This document shows positions 60,727 through 64,000 of a DNA stretch of 64,000 nt, one piece after another. Source of the DNA: a plasmid. Position numbers and translations under genes: made by a program. Positions within the stretch are counted from its first letter, which is position 1. Each line of letters starts with the position of its first letter. Location: sequence record NZ_CP148139.1; one strand, 5' to 3'. Below the pieces are notes generated by a model. It worked only from the letters and a program-made list of their open reading frames with translations, ran no database searches and had not been told where the DNA came from.

Positions 60727-61978
60727 ATGGCGACGGACACCCCACGGATTCCAGAACAAGGCGTGGCCACTCTGCCTGATGAGGCTTGGGAGCGTGCGCG
60801 CCGTCGTGCGGAGATCATCAGTCCGTTGGCGCAGTCGGAGACGGTCGGGCACGAAGCGGCCGATATGGCGGCTCAGGCGCTGGGCTTGTCTCGGCGCCAG
60901 GTATACGTTCTGATCCGGCGTGCCCGGCAAGGCAGCGGCCTCGTGACGGATCTGGTGCCCGGCCAGTCCGGTGGAGGTAAAGGTAAGGGGCGCTTGCCGG
61001 AACCGGTCGAGCGCGTCATCCACGAGCTACTGCAAAAGCGGTTCCTGACCAAGCAGAAGCGCAGCCTAGCGGCCTTTCACCGCGAAGTCACTCAGGTGTG
61101 CAAGGCTCAAAAACTGCGAGTGCCGGCGCGCAATACCGTGGCCTTACGGATCGCTAGCCTTGACCCGCGCAAGGTCATCCGCCGGCGGGAAGGCCAGGAT
61201 GCCGCTCGTGACCTACAAGGTGTGGGCGGCGAGCCTCCTGCCGTGACCGCGCCGCTGGAGCAGGTGCAGATAGACCATACGGTCATCGACCTGATCGTGG
61301 TCGATGACCGCGACCGGCAACCTATTGGCCGCCCGTACCTGACCCTCGCCATCGACGTGTTCACCCGCTGCGTGCTCGGCATGGTCGTCACGCTGGAAGC
61401 GCCGTCTGCCGTTTCGGTTGGCCTGTGCCTCGTGCATGTCGCCTGCGACAAGCGCCCTTGGCTGGAAGGACTGAACGTGGAAATGGATTGGCAGATGAGC
61501 GGCAAGCCCTTGCTGCTCTACCTAGACAACGCGGCCGAGTTCAAGAGCGAGGCCCTGCGCCGGGGTTGCGAGCAGCATGGCATCCGGCTGGACTATCGCC
61601 CGCTGGGACAGCCGCACTATGGCGGCATCGTGGAACGGATCATCGGCACGGCGATGCAGATGATTCACGACGAACTGCCGGGAACGACCTTCTCCAACCC
61701 TGACCAGCGCGGCGACTACGATTCCGAAAACAAGGCCGCCCTGACGCTGCGCGAGCTAGAGCGCTGGCTCACATTGGCGGTCGGCACCTACCACGGTTCG
61801 GTGCACAACGGCCTGCTCCAACCGCCGGCCGCGCGCTGGGCCGAGGCCGTGGCGCGTGTCGGCGTACCGGCCGTCGTCACACGCGCTACTTCGTTCCTGG
61901 TCGATTTTCTGCCGATCCTCCGGCGCACGCTGACCCGCACCGGCTTTGTCATCGACCACATCCACTACTACGCCGATG
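60727..61978 (+). pseudogene. tniA: tniA (Tn402-family DDE transposase), 3'-truncated by IS26
   Basis: MATDTPRIPEQGVATLPDEAWERARRRAEIISPLAQSETVGHEAADMAAQALGLSRRQVYVLIRRARQG...; 417 aa then the IS26 IR. Confidence 0.85.
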
Positions 61979-62798
61979 GGCACTGTTGCAAATAGTCGGT
62001 GGTGATAAACTTATCATCCCCTTTTGCTGATGGAGCTGCACATGAACCCATTCAAAGGCCGGCATTTTCAGCGTGACATCATTCTGTGGGCCGTACGCTG
62101 GTACTGCAAATACGGCATCAGTTACCGTGAGCTGCAGGAGATGCTGGCTGAACGCGGAGTGAATGTCGATCACTCCACGATTTACCGCTGGGTTCAGCGT
62201 TATGCGCCTGAAATGGAAAAACGGCTGCGCTGGTACTGGCGTAACCCTTCCGATCTTTGCCCGTGGCACATGGATGAAACCTACGTGAAGGTCAATGGCC
62301 GCTGGGCGTATCTGTACCGGGCCGTCGACAGCCGGGGCCGCACTGTCGATTTTTATCTCTCCTCCCGTCGTAACAGCAAAGCTGCATACCGGTTTCTGGG
62401 TAAAATCCTCAACAACGTGAAGAAGTGGCAGATCCCGCGATTCATCAACACGGATAAAGCGCCCGCCTATGGTCGCGCGCTTGCTCTGCTCAAACGCGAA
62501 GGCCGGTGCCCGTCTGACGTTGAACACCGACAGATTAAGTACCGGAACAACGTGATTGAATGCGATCATGGCAAACTGAAACGGATAATCGGCGCCACGC
62601 TGGGATTTAAATCCATGAAGACGGCTTACGCCACCATCAAAGGTATTGAGGTGATGCGTGCACTACGCAAAGGCCAGGCCTCAGCATTTTATTATGGTGA
62701 TCCCCTGGGCGAAATGCGCCTGGTAAGCAGAGTTTTTGAAATGTAAGGCCTTTGAATAAGACAAAAGGCTGCCTCATCGCTAACTTTGCAACAGTGCC
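61979..62798 (+). mobile_element. IS26 copy 4
   Basis: 820 bp with IRs; tnp26 62024-62746. Confidence 0.95.
62024..62746 (+). CDS. tnpA: IS26 transposase
   Basis: Identical 240 aa. Confidence 0.95.
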   Translation: MLMELHMNPFKGRHFQRDIILWAVRWYCKYGISYRELQEMLAERGVNVDHSTIYRWVQRYAPEMEKRLRWYWRNPSDLCPWHMDETYVKVNGRWAYLYRAVDSRGRTVDFYLSSRRNSKAAYRFLGKILNNVKKWQIPRFINTDKAPAYGRALALLKREGRCPSDVEHRQIKYRNNVIECDHGKLKRIIGATLGFKSMKTAYATIKGIEVMRALRKGQASAFYYGDPLGEMRLVSRVFEM

Positions 62799-62845
62799 AC
62801 AATGCGCGTCCTAAAAGGCTTGGATACTACGCATCATGGCTCTGG

Positions 62846-63412
62846 ATGATGTTTGTATTCCTCTTTCTGTTCGTTAGCGCTTTCGTGTTTCTGAGCGGCT
62901 TATACTGGACGATTAGAGACGGTTCAATTCAGGAGCACTGGTTTAGTACAGTCGGTATCTTTGTGATCGATTCAGTGCTGATCTGGATGTTGAAAAAGGA
63001 CTTCAGGAGCCGCAAGCTCTACCAGGTAACTGCTTCAATGAAAAACTCTGGTTTCTTTGAACCTCATAAGGACTGCGAGCACTATGACTTGGCCCGGAGG
63101 ACTTACATAGGCTTTGACTTCAGTACTGGAATCATAGGAGTAGCATCCCTGTATGCCACATCCAGTATTAAACGTGAGCGGCTATTTTTTGAAGCCGAAA
63201 CAGTCGAGTCATGGGAGTCAGTCGGCAGGGAGTTAATCATAAACCTGCGAAATACGGGGCTTACGACGATAACGATCACAGCTCCAAATATCAATAAAGC
63301 GTACAGGGATATGGAAATCATCTGCAGAACGCATAAAAATAGGGATGAAAACTATCAGCATCTGAAGAGTAAACTGACAGACGCTGGATGGTTCATAAAC
63401 AGCAATTATTGA
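62846..63412 (+). CDS. Hypothetical membrane protein; the 5' end may have been removed by IS26
   Basis: ORF track 62786-63412 begins with TTG inside the IS26 IR; first ATG at 62846 (MMFVFLFLFVSAFVFL...). Confidence 0.4.
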   Translation: MMFVFLFLFVSAFVFLSGLYWTIRDGSIQEHWFSTVGIFVIDSVLIWMLKKDFRSRKLYQVTASMKNSGFFEPHKDCEHYDLARRTYIGFDFSTGIIGVASLYATSSIKRERLFFEAETVESWESVGRELIINLRNTGLTTITITAPNINKAYRDMEIICRTHKNRDENYQHLKSKLTDAGWFINSNY

Positions 63413-63416
63413 GTTT

Positions 63417-63445
63417 AACCCGCCGAATATGGCGGGTTTTTTGTG
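63417..63445 (+). terminator. Rho-independent terminator
   Basis: aacccgccgaatatggcgggtttttt. Confidence 0.7.
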
Positions 63446-63485
63446 TATACTCAGGTGGTTATAGTCGTTTGTAGTCGGAGGGCTT

Positions 63486-63716
63486 GTGAGCAGAGTAGTT
63501 GAGCGGCAGGTGCATAAGAGTAACCTGGATAAGCAGAAGGATTACAGGAATCGCATCAGAGATACTCATGACCAGCTAAATCTTTATCTGCCCAAAGATG
63601 CAAAAAGAATGTTGATAGAGATCACAAAAGTAAAAAAGCTCACTCAGGCGGAGGTTATTGAATTTCTTGTGAAAAGTTATTACGACGGCTTAAAATTTGA
63701 CGATTCTGAAGAGTGA
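63486..63716 (+). CDS. Small RHH/CopG-like protein
   Basis: 76 aa; LNLYLPKDAKRMLIEITKVKKLTQAEVIEFLVKSY ribbon-helix-helix-like. Confidence 0.4.
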   Translation: MSRVVERQVHKSNLDKQKDYRNRIRDTHDQLNLYLPKDAKRMLIEITKVKKLTQAEVIEFLVKSYYDGLKFDDSEE

Positions 63717-63729
63717 GGTTACTCTGTAA

Positions 63730-64000
63730 CTGCGGGATCGCAGGTATTGCCCCGCTTAGAAACGCATGATATGTTAAGCGGCGTTTACATAACCTTACGG
63801 GGTTATTACAGAATTTAGCACGGGAAGAGCGGCCCGGAGATGTACCGCTTAGGAGTGGCAGGAGCCACAAAAAGTAAAACCCCCTGATCCTATCTCAGAA
63901 CTTTGGCCGGCTCAGAATAGAATCAGGGGGTGCAAACTGCCCACTGGCAGAAAGGATTATAGCAAATGCGTACCCTATTGCAATACAGCCCGGCCAATAT
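63730..64000 (+). ncRNA. Candidate structured non-coding RNA region (long inverted repeats); function unknown
   Basis: No ORF; accccctgatcctatctcagaactttggccggctcagaatagaatcagggggtg forms a ~14-bp stem; additional complementary segments upstream. Confidence 0.3.

Overview
The window is a mosaic with three parts. (1) About 1-23.9 kb is an AT-rich backbone (roughly 35% GC) from a conjugative element. It holds a MOBH-type relaxase (TraI-like, HD/3H motif) followed by a TraD/VirD4-like coupling ATPase that runs off the window start. It also holds a DsbA-like CPYC oxidoreductase, a signal peptidase I homologue, a tyrosine recombinase, a MazEF-like pair, an unannotated Hok/SrnB-like type I toxin and a parA-RHH partition locus surrounded by ACACAT-type iterons. 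Several tightly packed genes of unknown function in this part have nuclease-like (PD-(D/E)xK / Mrr_cat / DUF4365-like) and helicase signatures. (2) About 23.96-33.99 kb is an IS26-driven resistance mosaic: Tn4352 (IS26-aph(3')-Ia-IS26, exactly 2,680 bp), two direct copies of strA with differently truncated strB, an IS1-family element (793 bp, 25-bp IRs), aph(3')-VIa (aphA6), a Tn5393 tnpR remnant, and an IS26/ISEcp1-remnant/blaCTX-M-9-group (CTX-M-14-like) unit followed by an orphan internal IS26 fragment. (3) About 34-51.4 kb looks like an IncL/M (pOXA-48-like) plasmid backbone. It carries a RadC-like JAB protein, a Nuc PLD nuclease, the ParM/ParR (StbAB-like) actin-type partition system with parC iterons, a tyrosine resolvase, mucAB (umuDC-like), pemIK and many small ORFs, and repeated conserved upstream (CUP-like) promoter/5'UTR elements. 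This backbone abuts a Tn1999-type blaOXA-48 module (IS1999-lysR-blaOXA-48-IS1999 remnant). The upstream IS1999 is interrupted by IS1, which is fused directly to a Tn21-type mer operon (merRTPCADE-urf2), then IRt/tniA remnant truncated by a fourth IS26. The last ~1.2 kb has two small genes and a strongly structured non-coding region. The most likely candidates for something undescribed are the uncharacterised operons in the AT-rich part (DUF4365-like + triple-repeat wHTH protein + membrane protein; PD-(D/E)xK protein + partner facing a UvrD-like helicase; membrane-anchored Mrr_cat proteins) and blocks of unknown genes in the IncL/M-like backbone. All calls rest on reading the sequence and ORF translations against remembered protein families; no database search was possible.
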